NCBI GenBank assembly: GCA_903831455.1
Contig: CAIKXV010000192.1
Span: 8,281 to 72,280, forward strand
Length of the DNA: 64,000 bases
From: an uncultured Pseudomonadota bacterium
GTDB taxonomy: Bacteria; Pseudomonadota; Gammaproteobacteria; Burkholderiales; CAIKXV01
Direction: 5' to 3'
Shown here: positions 46,134 to 58,993 of the stretch, one piece after another
Layout: the number at the start of each line of letters is the position of its first letter
How positions within the stretch are numbered: the first letter of the stretch is position 1
Notes under the pieces: generated by a model
Seen by the model: only the letters and a program-made list of their open reading frames with translations
The model's database searches: none
What the model was told of the DNA's origin: nothing
Made by a program: the position numbers and the translations under genes

Positions 46134-47051
46134 TCAAACACCCTCCCCGCGCGACCACGGCCCTCCAGACGTCCACTGGCCCTGCAGCGGCGAGTTGCTG
46201 GCTGCGGCCTCGACGACCGGCAACAGGAAACGCCCCAGTGCCGCGATGACCTCGCTCAGCGCGAGTCCTTCCAGCCGATTCCTCTTCAGGAACGCCTGCC
46301 ACTGAGCGTCCTTCTGCGCGTCCTGCGCGAAGGTGTCGGTGAGCCCCAGAGGGACCGAACCGGTCAGACCCGTCGCTCGCCGATCGAAGGTTGCACGCAC
46401 CGCGCGGCAGAGGATGTTCGCGTCGAATTCGGCGTACCGCGCGAGCACCCAGAGATCGAAGTAATCCTTCATCCGGCTGTTTGCCAGACCGAGGGACGTG
46501 AGCGCCTCGAGCTTTTCGGCCACGACCGTGTAGCGCGGGTAGGCACGAAGCTTCGGCGCAGCGAACTCGGGCAGCATCACCGGGTACTCGACATCGTCCG
46601 GCTCTGGCGTCACGGCATCGCCGAAGCCGATGTCGATCTGAAGCTGGCAGCGGGCGCCATCGATCGAGCCCAGCAGCCCGACGCGTAGCCCTGCATAGTT
46701 CGCGTCCTTGCGGATCTCGGTTGCGCGCACCGTATCGGGATCGAAGGTCACGCCGTCGTCCTCGGCGATCGCGCTGATCTCCTTGAACGTGCTCTCCATG
46801 AGCGACAGCTCGGCCGATCCGAATCCGAGGAGGTCTACATCCCTCGTTGGCCGATGCGGCACGTCGAACCAGAGATCGAAGAGCAATGCTCCTTTCAGCA
46901 GGAAATGGTCGGCGTGGCGGGAGACGCCGATCCGATACAACAGGCGCTCGATCGCGTAGCGCGTCAGCACCAGGCTGAAGTCCTGGCGAGTCTCTCGCGC
47001 CCGGGCAAGAAGGCGCGCACGCACCGATGCGCCGACGTTGCGCCCGGTCAC
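46134..47051 (-). CDS. Type IV toxin-antitoxin system toxin, nucleotidyltransferase AbiEii/AbiGii family (DUF1814)
   Basis: ORF 46134..47096. GTG 47051 overlaps the antitoxin stop (GTGA). Features: VRARLLARARETRQDFSLVLTRYAIERLLYRI, FLLKGALLF, TRDVDLLG, QIDIGFGD, SRMKDYFDLW. Confidence 0.85.
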   Translation of the reverse strand: MTGRNVGASVRARLLARARETRQDFSLVLTRYAIERLLYRIGVSRHADHFLLKGALLFDLWFDVPHRPTRDVDLLGFGSAELSLMESTFKEISAIAEDDGVTFDPDTVRATEIRKDANYAGLRVGLLGSIDGARCQLQIDIGFGDAVTPEPDDVEYPVMLPEFAAPKLRAYPRYTVVAEKLEALTSLGLANSRMKDYFDLWVLARYAEFDANILCRAVRATFDRRATGLTGSVPLGLTDTFAQDAQKDAQWQAFLKRNRLEGLALSEVIAALGRFLLPVVEAAASNSPLQGQWTSGGPWSRGEGV

Positions 47052-47647
47052 GACAGGCTCTCCATGTAGGGGCGCATCACGTTGGCCACCCGGCACTGGA
47101 CCGCGTAGCGCCAGAGTTCGTCCATGGTCACACGTCGTGCTGCCCAGGACTCGCGCAGGGCTTCCAGGGCCACATCAAGTCCGACCTTGTTGCGAAACTT
47201 GAAGCAGTCGGCAACTGTTCGAGCGACGCTGGTCACGCGAACTGCCACGCCATCGATCCGGTGTTCCTCGACCCCCTCGGTCAGACCAACACCGGACAAG
47301 CGTACGATCCGCAGCGGCGGGTAGTCGATCCTCGGCGCACGCGACTTGTTGGGGATGGCCAGCCAGAGTTCGAACGGCGACTGGGTCGTCAGGCCGTGCA
47401 CACGCAGCGCCGAGAGCAGGCAGACGACAGCGTTTGGGTGCCTGCGTGCGACCTCCGCCATCGAGCCGTGTTCGGACGCAAGCCGACCGGGCGATGCGTA
47501 CAGGCCCCGTCCCACGCGTTCGAGACGCCCTTGCCGGACCAGTCTCGTCAGGGCGACCCGCGGCAGCGCCAATGCATCCAGGTCACGGGGCCGAATCAGA
47601 CCCTGGGTGGCCACGAGGTCGAGAATTCGCTGATGGTTGGTATCCAC
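47048..47647 (-). CDS. Type IV toxin-antitoxin system antitoxin, AbiEi family (wHTH)
   Basis: ORF 47048..47803. I favour GTG 47647 (VDTNHQRILDLVATQGLIRPRDLDALALPRVALTRLVRQGRLERVGRGLY); TTG 47683 is the alternative. Then LLSALRVHGLTTQ. Confidence 0.8.
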   Translation of the reverse strand: MDTNHQRILDLVATQGLIRPRDLDALALPRVALTRLVRQGRLERVGRGLYASPGRLASEHGSMAEVARRHPNAVVCLLSALRVHGLTTQSPFELWLAIPNKSRAPRIDYPPLRIVRLSGVGLTEGVEEHRIDGVAVRVTSVARTVADCFKFRNKVGLDVALEALRESWAARRVTMDELWRYAVQCRVANVMRPYMESLS

Positions 47648-47663
47648 GGAAACATGATGTTCC

Positions 47664-47683
47664 GTAATGTCGGTAATTGTCAA
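47664..47683 (-). promoter_or_regulatory. Candidate abiE promoter/operator: TTGACA box and direct repeats GACA(A)TTAC (minus-strand reading)
   Basis: On the plus strand, gtaatgtc lies at 47664-47671 and gtaattgtc at 47673-47681. tgtcaa at 47678-47683 reads TTGACA on the minus strand. The site is an AT-rich patch immediately upstream of the antitoxin start. AbiEi antitoxins are known autorepressors. Confidence 0.3.
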
Positions 47684-47744
47684 TACTAACCTGCGAATCG
47701 GAACATCAAGACGACCGGTGCTCGCACCGGCGCGACCAGCCGTC

Positions 47745-48185
47745 TCACCACGGTAAGCGCTCCGCAATGGCGTCGAGCGCCTGCTGTACCCGATCGTCGG
47801 CATCGCTCTGCAGGCTCAGAACCAGCGACAGCGGATCGACCAGCGCGGTGTCCGGCACCAAGGCCGGGTTGTAACTCCAAAGCTCCAGCTGGAGGGCCCC
47901 GGGCTCGGGTTCGGGCACCGTCTTCGCGCCCTGCCAGGAAGCGAGCTTCCATTGCGTAGGGCTGGGCGCGTCAGTCGGCCAAGCGGGTTCGACCAGCATC
48001 GACTGCCGCGCCAGCGCGCCGAGACTGGCAAGCCTGAGCTCCAGCACGGCAAGATCATGGGTCGGCAGCACCCAGTGCCGGCGCGTGGTCGGGCTGCGCA
48101 GCAGGGGCTTGCCGTGCTCCCAGGTCTCGCGGGCGGTGCGCTCGGTCTTCAGCCGACGTACCCTGCCGACACTGTCTGAGCTCAC
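47745..48185 (-). CDS. Hypothetical protein (146 aa), upstream of and co-oriented with abiEi/abiEii
   Basis: An ORF with acceptable composition that ends 97 nt before the antitoxin start. I recognise no family. It could be a remnant. Confidence 0.35.
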   Translation of the reverse strand: MSSDSVGRVRRLKTERTARETWEHGKPLLRSPTTRRHWVLPTHDLAVLELRLASLGALARQSMLVEPAWPTDAPSPTQWKLASWQGAKTVPEPEPGALQLELWSYNPALVPDTALVDPLSLVLSLQSDADDRVQQALDAIAERLPW

Positions 48186-48255
48186 CCTGAACCCTCGCCA
48201 GGGTAAGCCCTTGGTATACGCTCAAGTCCGTCACCCACAAACCTCGTGAGCCGCC

Positions 48256-49323
48256 ATGATTGCATCCGTCATGCTGGTTGCCCTCGCGCTCGGCCTCACC
48301 GGCATCGCAAGCGCAGCTGCGCCACCCACGGAGGGCTTTCACTTCAGCCACAAGGACTGGGAGGTCGCCTGTGACAACACCGGCACCTGCCGCGCCGCGG
48401 GCTATCACGAGGACAGCTCCGAAGCGCGCGTGTCGGCGCTGGTGACGCGGCGGCCCGGGCCCGGCACCCGCCCCGAGGTGAAACTGGTGCTGGGAAGCTA
48501 CAGGAGCATTCCGGGCCTCAAGCCACTGCCGCCCCGACCGACGGTGACGATGTATGTGAACGACCGCCCGCTGGGCGCCGTTAGCCTGGACGACTCCCTG
48601 TCCGGCACGCTGAGCCGCGAGCAGGCCGCTGCCCTGCTCGCGGCCCTGCCCCGAGCCTCAGCCCGGATCACCTGGAATCACAGCCACTACGAATGGGTGC
48701 TGTCCGACCAGGGTGCCCGCGCGGTGCTCCTGAAGATGGACGAGGCCCAGGGGCGACTGAACACGCCTGACGCGCTCGTGGCGCGGGGCACACGAGACGA
48801 GCGACAGGTGCCCGGGCCGCGCCCGGCCCCGGTGATCACGGTGCCCCCGGTGCCGCCCACCGTCGACGCCGACCGCGTCTGGCCGGGGCGCCAGGGCCCC
48901 GCGCTGCTGGTCGCGCTTCGCGCCACCGTGGCCGAAGGCGACATGTGCACCTTCCTGATGGAGGATCGCGATCGGCCGTGGGAGGTGCGGCGCCTGAACG
49001 CCAGCCAGTTGCTGGTGAGCACCCCGTGCTGGAGCGCGGCCTACAACTATGGCGCCGGCGCATGGGTGGTAAACGAACGCCCGCCCTACGCACCTGTGCT
49101 GGTCACGGATTCGGCCTCCGGCATCAACGACACCGAGGTCATCGCCTCGCACAAGAGCCGGGGGCTGGGGGACTGCTGGGAACATCAGGACTGGGTGTGG
49201 GACGGCACGCGCTTCGAGACCCGTTCGAAGCGCAGCACCGGCATGTGCAAGGCGATCATGCCCGGCGGCACCTGGGACCTGCCTATCATGGTCACACGCA
49301 TGCAGCGTCGCCGAGACCCCTGA
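48256..49323 (+). CDS. DUF1176 domain-containing exported protein
   Basis: 355 aa. Signal MIASVMLVALALGLTGIASAAA. Features: KDWEVACDNTGTCRAAGY near the N-terminus and further Cys pairs (STPCWS, GDCWE, GMCK), as I recall for DUF1176. Confidence 0.55.
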   Translation: MIASVMLVALALGLTGIASAAAPPTEGFHFSHKDWEVACDNTGTCRAAGYHEDSSEARVSALVTRRPGPGTRPEVKLVLGSYRSIPGLKPLPPRPTVTMYVNDRPLGAVSLDDSLSGTLSREQAAALLAALPRASARITWNHSHYEWVLSDQGARAVLLKMDEAQGRLNTPDALVARGTRDERQVPGPRPAPVITVPPVPPTVDADRVWPGRQGPALLVALRATVAEGDMCTFLMEDRDRPWEVRRLNASQLLVSTPCWSAAYNYGAGAWVVNERPPYAPVLVTDSASGINDTEVIASHKSRGLGDCWEHQDWVWDGTRFETRSKRSTGMCKAIMPGGTWDLPIMVTRMQRRRDP

Positions 49324-49456
49324 GGACGCCGCGTCCAGAACGGATTGGCGTGGCCGGCTGGGCCGCGAACCATTCAGCATGTCCCCTGCTGAACGCACAG
49401 TGACGGGCCATGCGCTTCTACGGCACTCCCGTGGGACTCAACCAACCTGCCCGGGC

Positions 49457-49506
49457 GGCCACGTCAAATTCCCCCATCTGTGGCCGGGTCAAACTCCCCC
49501 ACCCGG
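49457..49506. repeat. Two tandem 25-bp direct repeats (core GTCAAAyTCCCCCA), reminiscent of multi-copy transposase-binding sites at IS21/Tn7/Mu-type element ends
   Basis: ggccacgtcaaattcccccatctgt (49457-49481) and ggccgggtcaaactcccccacccgg (49482-49506), 19/25 identical. Non-coding context. Confidence 0.6.
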
Positions 49507-49662
49507 GTGACGGGACAGATGGACTTTAGTGTTCAGACAGCTGTGGCCAGAGGCGGAGCAGGATCAGGGCTTGCTCGATGGCGAGGTCAGGCTCGCCGCC
49601 GTACTCCGCGGGATACTGCGACGCAGTCGGCCTGTTTGGCACGATCGGAGCCATCGGAGAGC

Positions 49663-50010
49663 TCACTTCCGCGTGGCCATGAAGACAAGCATGCGCATGG
49701 CAGCGACGACATACGCTGCGACGGTGACCATCACCGCCAACCAAGGAAGGCCTGCCGTCGTCGCTCGGTGCATGAACCAATCCGGAACGACCCACAACAC
49801 GGCGTCAGCGAAGAAGGGGACGGTGAACAGCAAGAGGCCGAACGCAATGTTCAGGCCCAGGGCGATTGAGAATCTCCATGGCTGCGCCACGGTGAACTCC
49901 CCAGTCCCGCGCAGGCACGCGCAACCTCGCGTGAGGGCATCGGACACGTGACCCACGAGAAACCAAACGCCAAAACCGACAACGACCAACTTCAGTAGCG
50001 TTTCACCCAT
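49663..50010 (-). CDS. Small integral membrane protein (3 predicted TM helices), hypothetical
   Basis: 115 aa. Hydrophobic segments LLKLVVVGFGVWFLVGHV, FSIALGLNIAFGLLLFTVPFF and LPWLAVMVTVAAYVVAAM. The RBS is weak. Confidence 0.4.
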   Translation of the reverse strand: MGETLLKLVVVGFGVWFLVGHVSDALTRGCACLRGTGEFTVAQPWRFSIALGLNIAFGLLLFTVPFFADAVLWVVPDWFMHRATTAGLPWLAVMVTVAAYVVAAMRMLVFMATRK

Positions 50011-50126
50011 CTGCGATTTCTCGCGCTTTGTTCCGGAAGGAGCGCGTTACTGCGGCGTCGGCACGTTACCGCGTGCTCGGTGCCCAGACTCGTATCCCGG
50101 GACCCGTCGCCACCGGAAACATGTCC

Positions 50127-51722
<1,596 letters not shown>

Positions 51723-51755
51723 CGCCTGCCTCTCCCTGACCCTGGCCGCGACGCG

Positions 51756-54071
<2,316 letters not shown>

Positions 54072-54407
54072 TCAGATCTTTGCGCGACGACGGGGCGCCG
54101 GGGCCCTCTTGCTCGCCGGGGCCGAGGTACGCGCGGCCAGCGCTCGCTCGCGCCGGACTTCCTTGACGTCCGCGGTGATCGGTCGGTGGATTTCCACACG
54201 GTCGCGATCACGCAACCGGTGGTCGAGCGCGACCGCCCGGCCCCAGACGCCGACCTGGGCCGTCTTGGGATCGAGGTCGGGATGCTGTTCGAGCAACCCG
54301 GAGCGACGGATCGCCTGCGCGACTGTCGTCCCCTCGTCCACCGTCAACGCAATCAGCGTCTGCCGCTGCGGCAGCGCGTACACCACTTCGACTCGGAAAT
54401 CGCTCAT
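54072..54407 (-). CDS. rnfH: RnfH-family ubiquitin-fold protein (RatB/YfjF)
   Basis: Internal ATG 54407 of ORF 54072..54575 gives MSDFRVEVVYALPQRQTLIALTVDEGTTVAQAI...DRVEIHRP. The start overlaps the ratA stop (ATGA). Confidence 0.85.
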   Translation of the reverse strand: MSDFRVEVVYALPQRQTLIALTVDEGTTVAQAIRRSGLLEQHPDLDPKTAQVGVWGRAVALDHRLRDRDRVEIHRPITADVKEVRRERALAARTSAPASKRAPAPRRRAKI

Positions 54408-54841
54408 TGTCTGCCGTGGACCTGTTCGGCCCGCTTCACGAACGCATCGACGAAGGTGTTGGCGATATGGCCGAACACCGGGGAGAGCAGCTTGTCGAGG
54501 ATCCGGTTCGAGAACTCGTACTGCAGCCGGAACTCCACCTTGCAGGCGGATTCGCCCAGGGGCCGGAAATTCCACGACCCCTCGAGCCGCCGAAACGGCC
54601 CATCGACCAACTGCACCTCGATCGACTCCGGCTCACGTCGACTGTTACGGGTCGTGAAGCTCTGCCGTACGCCGCGGAAGTCGATGACCACCGTCGCCGT
54701 GACCGCGCCAGCCTCACGCCCCTGAACCGAACTCCCGCCGCACCAGGGCAGGAACTGCGGGTAGTCTTCGACCCGGTCAACCAGCCGGAACATCTGCTCC
54801 GCGCTGTATCCGACCAGGACAGACCGTTCCACCAGGGCCAT
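54404..54841 (-). CDS. ratA: SRPBCC-fold RatA/PasT (CoQ-binding COQ10-like) protein
   Basis: ORF 54404..54871; ATG 54841 (MALVERSVLVGYSAEQMFRLVDRVEDYPQFLPWC...). Conserved divergent arrangement with smpB. Confidence 0.85.
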   Translation of the reverse strand: MALVERSVLVGYSAEQMFRLVDRVEDYPQFLPWCGGSSVQGREAGAVTATVVIDFRGVRQSFTTRNSRREPESIEVQLVDGPFRRLEGSWNFRPLGESACKVEFRLQYEFSNRILDKLLSPVFGHIANTFVDAFVKRAEQVHGRQ

Positions 54842-55123
54842 TCGAGGTCTCCGCAAACCCGTCCACCGCACCGCTCATCGCACCGCGCTTGACCCTGCAT
54901 GCACGTTATCGGTGCATGCCAGCGATTGCTGCGCCGCACAACCCACGACTGCCGGAATCCGGGCCGCGAAAAGGCCATAGAATACCGCGTTTTCCGCAAT
55001 TTCTCACCCCCCTCCAGCACGCCGCCGGAGGCCGAGGCCCCCCGGAAGCCCGTCCTGACGCGGATCGCCGATCCAGGCCCCCGGGCTTCCGTCAAGTTGC
55101 CCATCCCCCGGTACCTCTTTGTC

Positions 55124-55564
55124 ATGCGCCTTGCCGAAAACCGGAAAGCCTCCCACGATTACTTCATCGAGGAACGCTACGAAGCGGGGCTGGCACTCGA
55201 AGGCTGGGAGGTGAAGGCCGTCCGCGCGGGCCGCGCCCAGCTGGGCGAGGCCTACGTCGTCCTGCGGGGGGGCGAGGTCTACCTGATCGGCAGCCACATC
55301 AGCCCGCTCGTGTCGGCATCGACCCACGTGCAGGCCGACCCGACGCGGACCCGGAAGCTGCTGCTGAAAGCCGCGGAGATCGACAAGCTGATCGGTCGGG
55401 TGGAGCGTGCCAGCTACACCCTCGTGCCGCTCGACCTGCATCTCACCCGCGGGCGGATCAAGCTCGCGGTCGGCCTGGCCAAGGGCAAGAAGCAGCACGA
55501 CAAGCGCGCGGCCGAAAAGGACCGCGAGTGGCAGCGTGAACGTCAGCGCCTGCTGCGCGCCTGA
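55124..55564 (+). CDS. smpB: SsrA-binding protein SmpB
   Basis: Internal ATG 55124 of ORF 54899..55564. Features: [29 protein letters not shown] ... TRTRKLLL ... and a basic C-terminal tail. Confidence 0.93.
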   Translation: MRLAENRKASHDYFIEERYEAGLALEGWEVKAVRAGRAQLGEAYVVLRGGEVYLIGSHISPLVSASTHVQADPTRTRKLLLKAAEIDKLIGRVERASYTLVPLDLHLTRGRIKLAVGLAKGKKQHDKRAAEKDREWQRERQRLLRA

Positions 55565-55572
55565 TCGAGGCC

Positions 55573-56163
55573 ATGGTCCGCCTGCTCATCATCCTCAACG
55601 TGGCCCTGTACCTGCTGCAGGCAGTGGCGGGGGACGTACTGATCGAGCATTTCGCGCTATGGCCCCCGATCGCGCCGCCGGCCGGCGAGGTCGCGCCCGC
55701 CTTCATGCCGTGGCAGATGCTGACCTACAGCTTCCTGCATGGCAGCCCGCTGCACCTCGCGGTGAACATGTTCGCGCTGTGGATGTTCGGCCGCTCCATC
55801 GAGGACGTGCTGGGCTCGCGACGATTCGTGCTCCACTACCTCGCGAGCGTGGTCACCGCGGCGGCCACCCAGATGCTGGTGGCCGCCGCGGCCGGCCAGT
55901 CGTATCCGACGGTGGGCGCCTCGGGCGGCGTCTTCGGGCTGCTGCTGGCGTTCGGGCTGTTCTTTCCGCGCCAGCGCATCTGGTTGCTGCTGCCGCCGAT
56001 CCCGATGCCCGCCTGGCTGTTCGTCACGCTCTACGCACTGCTGGAACTGGTCCTCGGCGTCACCGGCACCCAGGCGGGGGTAGCCCACTTCGCGCACCTG
56101 GGCGGCATGCTGGGCAGCTACCTGATGCTGCGCCATTTCGCCCGAACGCCCGGGCGACGCTGA
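55573..56163 (+). CDS. Rhomboid-family intramembrane serine protease
   Basis: 196 aa. Features: HLAVNMFALWMFG, catalytic GASGGVFG and HLGGML, and six hydrophobic segments. Confidence 0.85.
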   Translation: MVRLLIILNVALYLLQAVAGDVLIEHFALWPPIAPPAGEVAPAFMPWQMLTYSFLHGSPLHLAVNMFALWMFGRSIEDVLGSRRFVLHYLASVVTAAATQMLVAAAAGQSYPTVGASGGVFGLLLAFGLFFPRQRIWLLLPPIPMPAWLFVTLYALLELVLGVTGTQAGVAHFAHLGGMLGSYLMLRHFARTPGRR

Positions 56164-56257
56164 GCGATCCCGCCGCGCCCGGGAGCGAGCGCGGGCACGG
56201 CTTCTGCATGGATGGCACCGACGCCCGCGAGGCGGGTCAACCGAGGAGACATCACCG

Positions 56258-57289
56258 ATGATCGACATCATGTCTGCCCTGCCCGTTCGTGCACTCGCGC
56301 GCGCGTGGAGAACGGCCGCGTGGGCGGGCGCGGCCCTGTCGGCCCTGTCGGCCCTGTCGGCGCTGCTCGCGCCTGCCGGCCTCGCCCTCGCCCAGAAGTA
56401 CCCCGACCGACCCGTACGCATCGTCGTGCCCTTCGCGCCGGGCGGCGGGGCCGACATCTTCGGCCGTCTCGTCGCCCAGCGCTTCAGCGAGACCCTGGGC
56501 CAGACCCTCGTCGAGAACCGTCCCGGCGCCGGCAGCACCGTCGGCATCGAGTTCGTCGCGCGTGCGCAACCCGACGGCTACACCCTGCTCCTCTCGTCGG
56601 CCGCCTTCAGTGCCGCCGCTGCGCTCTACCCGAAGCTGGGCTACGACCCGCTGCGCGACTTCGCGCCCGTGGCACTGGTGGCCACCGTACCCCAGGTCAT
56701 CGTCGTGCATCCCTCGCTGCCGGTGAAGACGGTGCAGGACATCGTCCGGCTGGCGCGCGCACGCCCCGAGCAACTGCTCTACGCGACGGCCGGGCCCGGA
56801 AGCCTGATCCACCTCGCGGGCGAACTCTTCATGTCGGTCACCGGCACCCGCCTCACCCAGGTGGCCTACAAGGGAGGGGGCCAGGCCATGACCGGCGTGC
56901 TCACGGGCGAGGCGCAGGTGATGTTCGCCACCATCGAAACCGTGATGGGGCAAGTGCGCGCGGGGAAACTGCGCGCGATCGCGGTCACCACCGCCGAGCG
57001 CACGCCCGCCCTGCCCGCGGTCCCCACCGTCGGCGAGCAGGGGCTGGGCAACTACGCGTCCCAGGGCTGGTTCGCCCTGTTTGCCCCGACGGGAACCGCG
57101 GCCGACATCGTGAACCGGCTGCAGGGAGAAGTCGCCCGCGCCGTGAAGACGCCCGACTTCCGCGAGCGGCTGCTCGCCGAGGGCGCAGTACCGGTGGGCG
57201 GGAGCGCGGCCGATCTCGACCGGCTCGTGCGCGCCGAGATCGCGAAGTGGGGCCGCCTCGTGAAGGAGGCGAAGATCCGCGTCGACTGA
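56258..57289 (+). CDS. Bug/TctC-family periplasmic solute-binding protein
   Basis: 343 aa with GAGGAG RBS. Motifs AQKYPDRPVRIVVPFAPGGGAD, ENRPGAGS, PDGYT, AYKGG. The signal peptide contains an SALSALSAL repeat. Confidence 0.88.
   Translation: MIDIMSALPVRALARAWRTAAWAGAALSALSALSALLAPAGLALAQKYPDRPVRIVVPFAPGGGADIFGRLVAQRFSETLGQTLVENRPGAGSTVGIEFVARAQPDGYTLLLSSAAFSAAAALYPKLGYDPLRDFAPVALVATVPQVIVVHPSLPVKTVQDIVRLARARPEQLLYATAGPGSLIHLAGELFMSVTGTRLTQVAYKGGGQAMTGVLTGEAQVMFATIETVMGQVRAGKLRAIAVTTAERTPALPAVPTVGEQGLGNYASQGWFALFAPTGTAADIVNRLQGEVARAVKTPDFRERLLAEGAVPVGGSAADLDRLVRAEIAKWGRLVKEAKIRVD
56332..56358 (+). repeat. Perfect 9-bp tandem repeat x3 (GGCCCTGTC) inside the signal-peptide coding region
   Basis: ggccctgtc at 56332-56340, 56341-56349 and 56350-56358. 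In frame, it encodes (ALS)3. Confidence 0.9.
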
Positions 57290-57570
57290 TCCACGTCGAC
57301 TGAACTGCCGGCCGATCCGCGAACCCGATCGCTCGCTCGTCGAAGCCGCCTTCGCGCCGACCGCGCCGCGGCCTGCCAGGCCCCTCGCGGTTGCACGACC
57401 CGCCGGGGTACGGCCAGCACCACGACGGCGGCGCGGGCCCGGCGGCTCGTACCGGCGACACGACGCGGCCCGGTCGCGCCGCGGCCGAACCGTAGTGCAC
57501 CCGGTCGCATGGCCACGCACTGCCCGCCGACACTGCTCAACCTGCCATCGACCCGCTACCGGAGCCGGAC

Positions 57571-58923
57571 ATGGGACTCGTGATCGACACACTGGCCGCA
57601 CACGCAGCGGCGACCTCCTGGGACAGCCTGCCTCCGGACGTGCAGGCGCAAGCGCGGCGCGTCCTGCTCGACACGCTCGGCGTGATGCTCGCCGGGTCGC
57701 GGCGCCCCGAGGTTGCGCGCCTGCGCGAGCGAATGCTCGCCGCTCCGCCACCCCCGGAGGCGGCCCGCCTCGCGTGCCCGGGAGCGCCGCCGACAAGCCC
57801 CGCTGCGGCCGCCCTGCTCAACGGCATCGCCGCCCGATCGATCGAACTGTGCGAAGGGCACCGCCTCGTCTCCTGCCAGGCCGCCGCCCAGGTGCTGCCC
57901 GCCGCGCTGGCGATGGCCGAGGCGCGGCAGGCCAGCGGTCGCGACCTGCTCGTGGCCCTGGTCGTCGGCTACGACATCGCGGTCCGCCTGGGCGCGGGCC
58001 TGCACGCGCGAGCGCTCGCCCATCAGAATGGCCAGACCGCCCTGCTGGGCGCCGCCGCGGCCGCCGCGAGGCTGCGCGGGCTGGATGCAGCCGGCATCGG
58101 GGAGGCGATGCGCATCGCAGCGCCCCTGCTGATGGTGCCCAGCTACACGCTCACCGCCGCCGGCGCCACCGCCCTCAACGTGGCCGGGGGCATGAGCAAC
58201 CACCAGGGCCTGCTGGCAGCGGAACTGGCCGCCAGCGGCTTCACTGGCGGCCCGGATGCGATCGAGGAGTCGCTGGCCCACCTCACGGGCGACGGCTTCG
58301 ACCCCGCCCCGGTGACCGAGGCGCTGGGTACGCGCTGGGAGATCACCCGCAACCATTTCCGCGTGCGTGCATGCTGCAACCCGATCTACGCGTCCCTGGA
58401 CGCGATCGAGCTTGCGCTGGCCGAACTCGGCCACCCCGCCGCCGAAGCCATCGATCGCATCGAGGTCCAGACCTACCGGTTCGCGTCGCTCATGCGCGCG
58501 CAGCAGCCGGTCAACGAGTTCGCGGCGCGCTATTCGCTGCCACACGCCGCGGCGGCCATCGTCCTGCTCGGCCATGCCGGCAACCCCGCCTTCACGCCCG
58601 AACACCTGGCCGATCCGCGGTTCGCCGCCCTGCGCTCGCGCGTCACGGTCGCCGAGGATCCTGCCCTGACAGCGCGCGTCCCCCTGAGCAAACCCGGGCG
58701 GGCCACGATCGTCCTGCGCGACGGACGGCGGGCCACCCATGCGGTGGAGAGCGCCCGGGGCGACTACAACGCCCCGCTGGACGAGAACGCGTTGCGCGGC
58801 AAGTTCCGCTCGCTCGCCGGCGAAGTGCTGTCGGTGCAGGCCGTGGACGCACTCGAGCACCTGGTGGATCGCGCGCAAGATTGGCCCCGCGCGGCCGACT
58901 GGTCGGCGCCGCTGCGCGACTGA
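57571..58923 (+). CDS. MmgE/PrpD-family protein
   Basis: 450 aa with GGAG RBS. Features: LAAHAAATSWDSLPPDVQAQARRVLLDTLGVMLAGS, and IELCEGH in place of the usual xxDD motif. PrpD-like length. Confidence 0.8.
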   Translation: MGLVIDTLAAHAAATSWDSLPPDVQAQARRVLLDTLGVMLAGSRRPEVARLRERMLAAPPPPEAARLACPGAPPTSPAAAALLNGIAARSIELCEGHRLVSCQAAAQVLPAALAMAEARQASGRDLLVALVVGYDIAVRLGAGLHARALAHQNGQTALLGAAAAAARLRGLDAAGIGEAMRIAAPLLMVPSYTLTAAGATALNVAGGMSNHQGLLAAELAASGFTGGPDAIEESLAHLTGDGFDPAPVTEALGTRWEITRNHFRVRACCNPIYASLDAIELALAELGHPAAEAIDRIEVQTYRFASLMRAQQPVNEFAARYSLPHAAAAIVLLGHAGNPAFTPEHLADPRFAALRSRVTVAEDPALTARVPLSKPGRATIVLRDGRRATHAVESARGDYNAPLDENALRGKFRSLAGEVLSVQAVDALEHLVDRAQDWPRAADWSAPLRD

Positions 58924-58993
58924 GGACGAGTGCCTGCCCGAGCAAGCGTCTGGGTACTGGGGCCACCCGGACGCGCAGCCTCCGCAGTCGGCG

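Larger units (their letters stand above)
45713..50126. mobile_element. Probable horizontally acquired islet next to the guaA 3' end (AbiE toxin-antitoxin, DUF1176, small membrane protein, orphan repeat); no integrase or transposase in the window
   Basis: Visibly AT-richer stretches (45.72-46.13, 47.64-47.70, 49.33-50.05 kb) than the flanks. Cargo is of the mobile/defence type. It sits between an orphan gene and the housekeeping guaBA block. No flanking direct repeats were found by eye. Confidence 0.4.

Noticed and set aside
49420-49456. tRNA-like fragment (gtgggactcaaccaacctgcccgg, resembling the reverse complement of a T-arm/acceptor end)
   Set aside because: I could not fold a complete cloverleaf. 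The T-stem halves are not complementary and there is no anticodon arm. At most it is a degraded att remnant; it needs tRNAscan/Infernal to settle.
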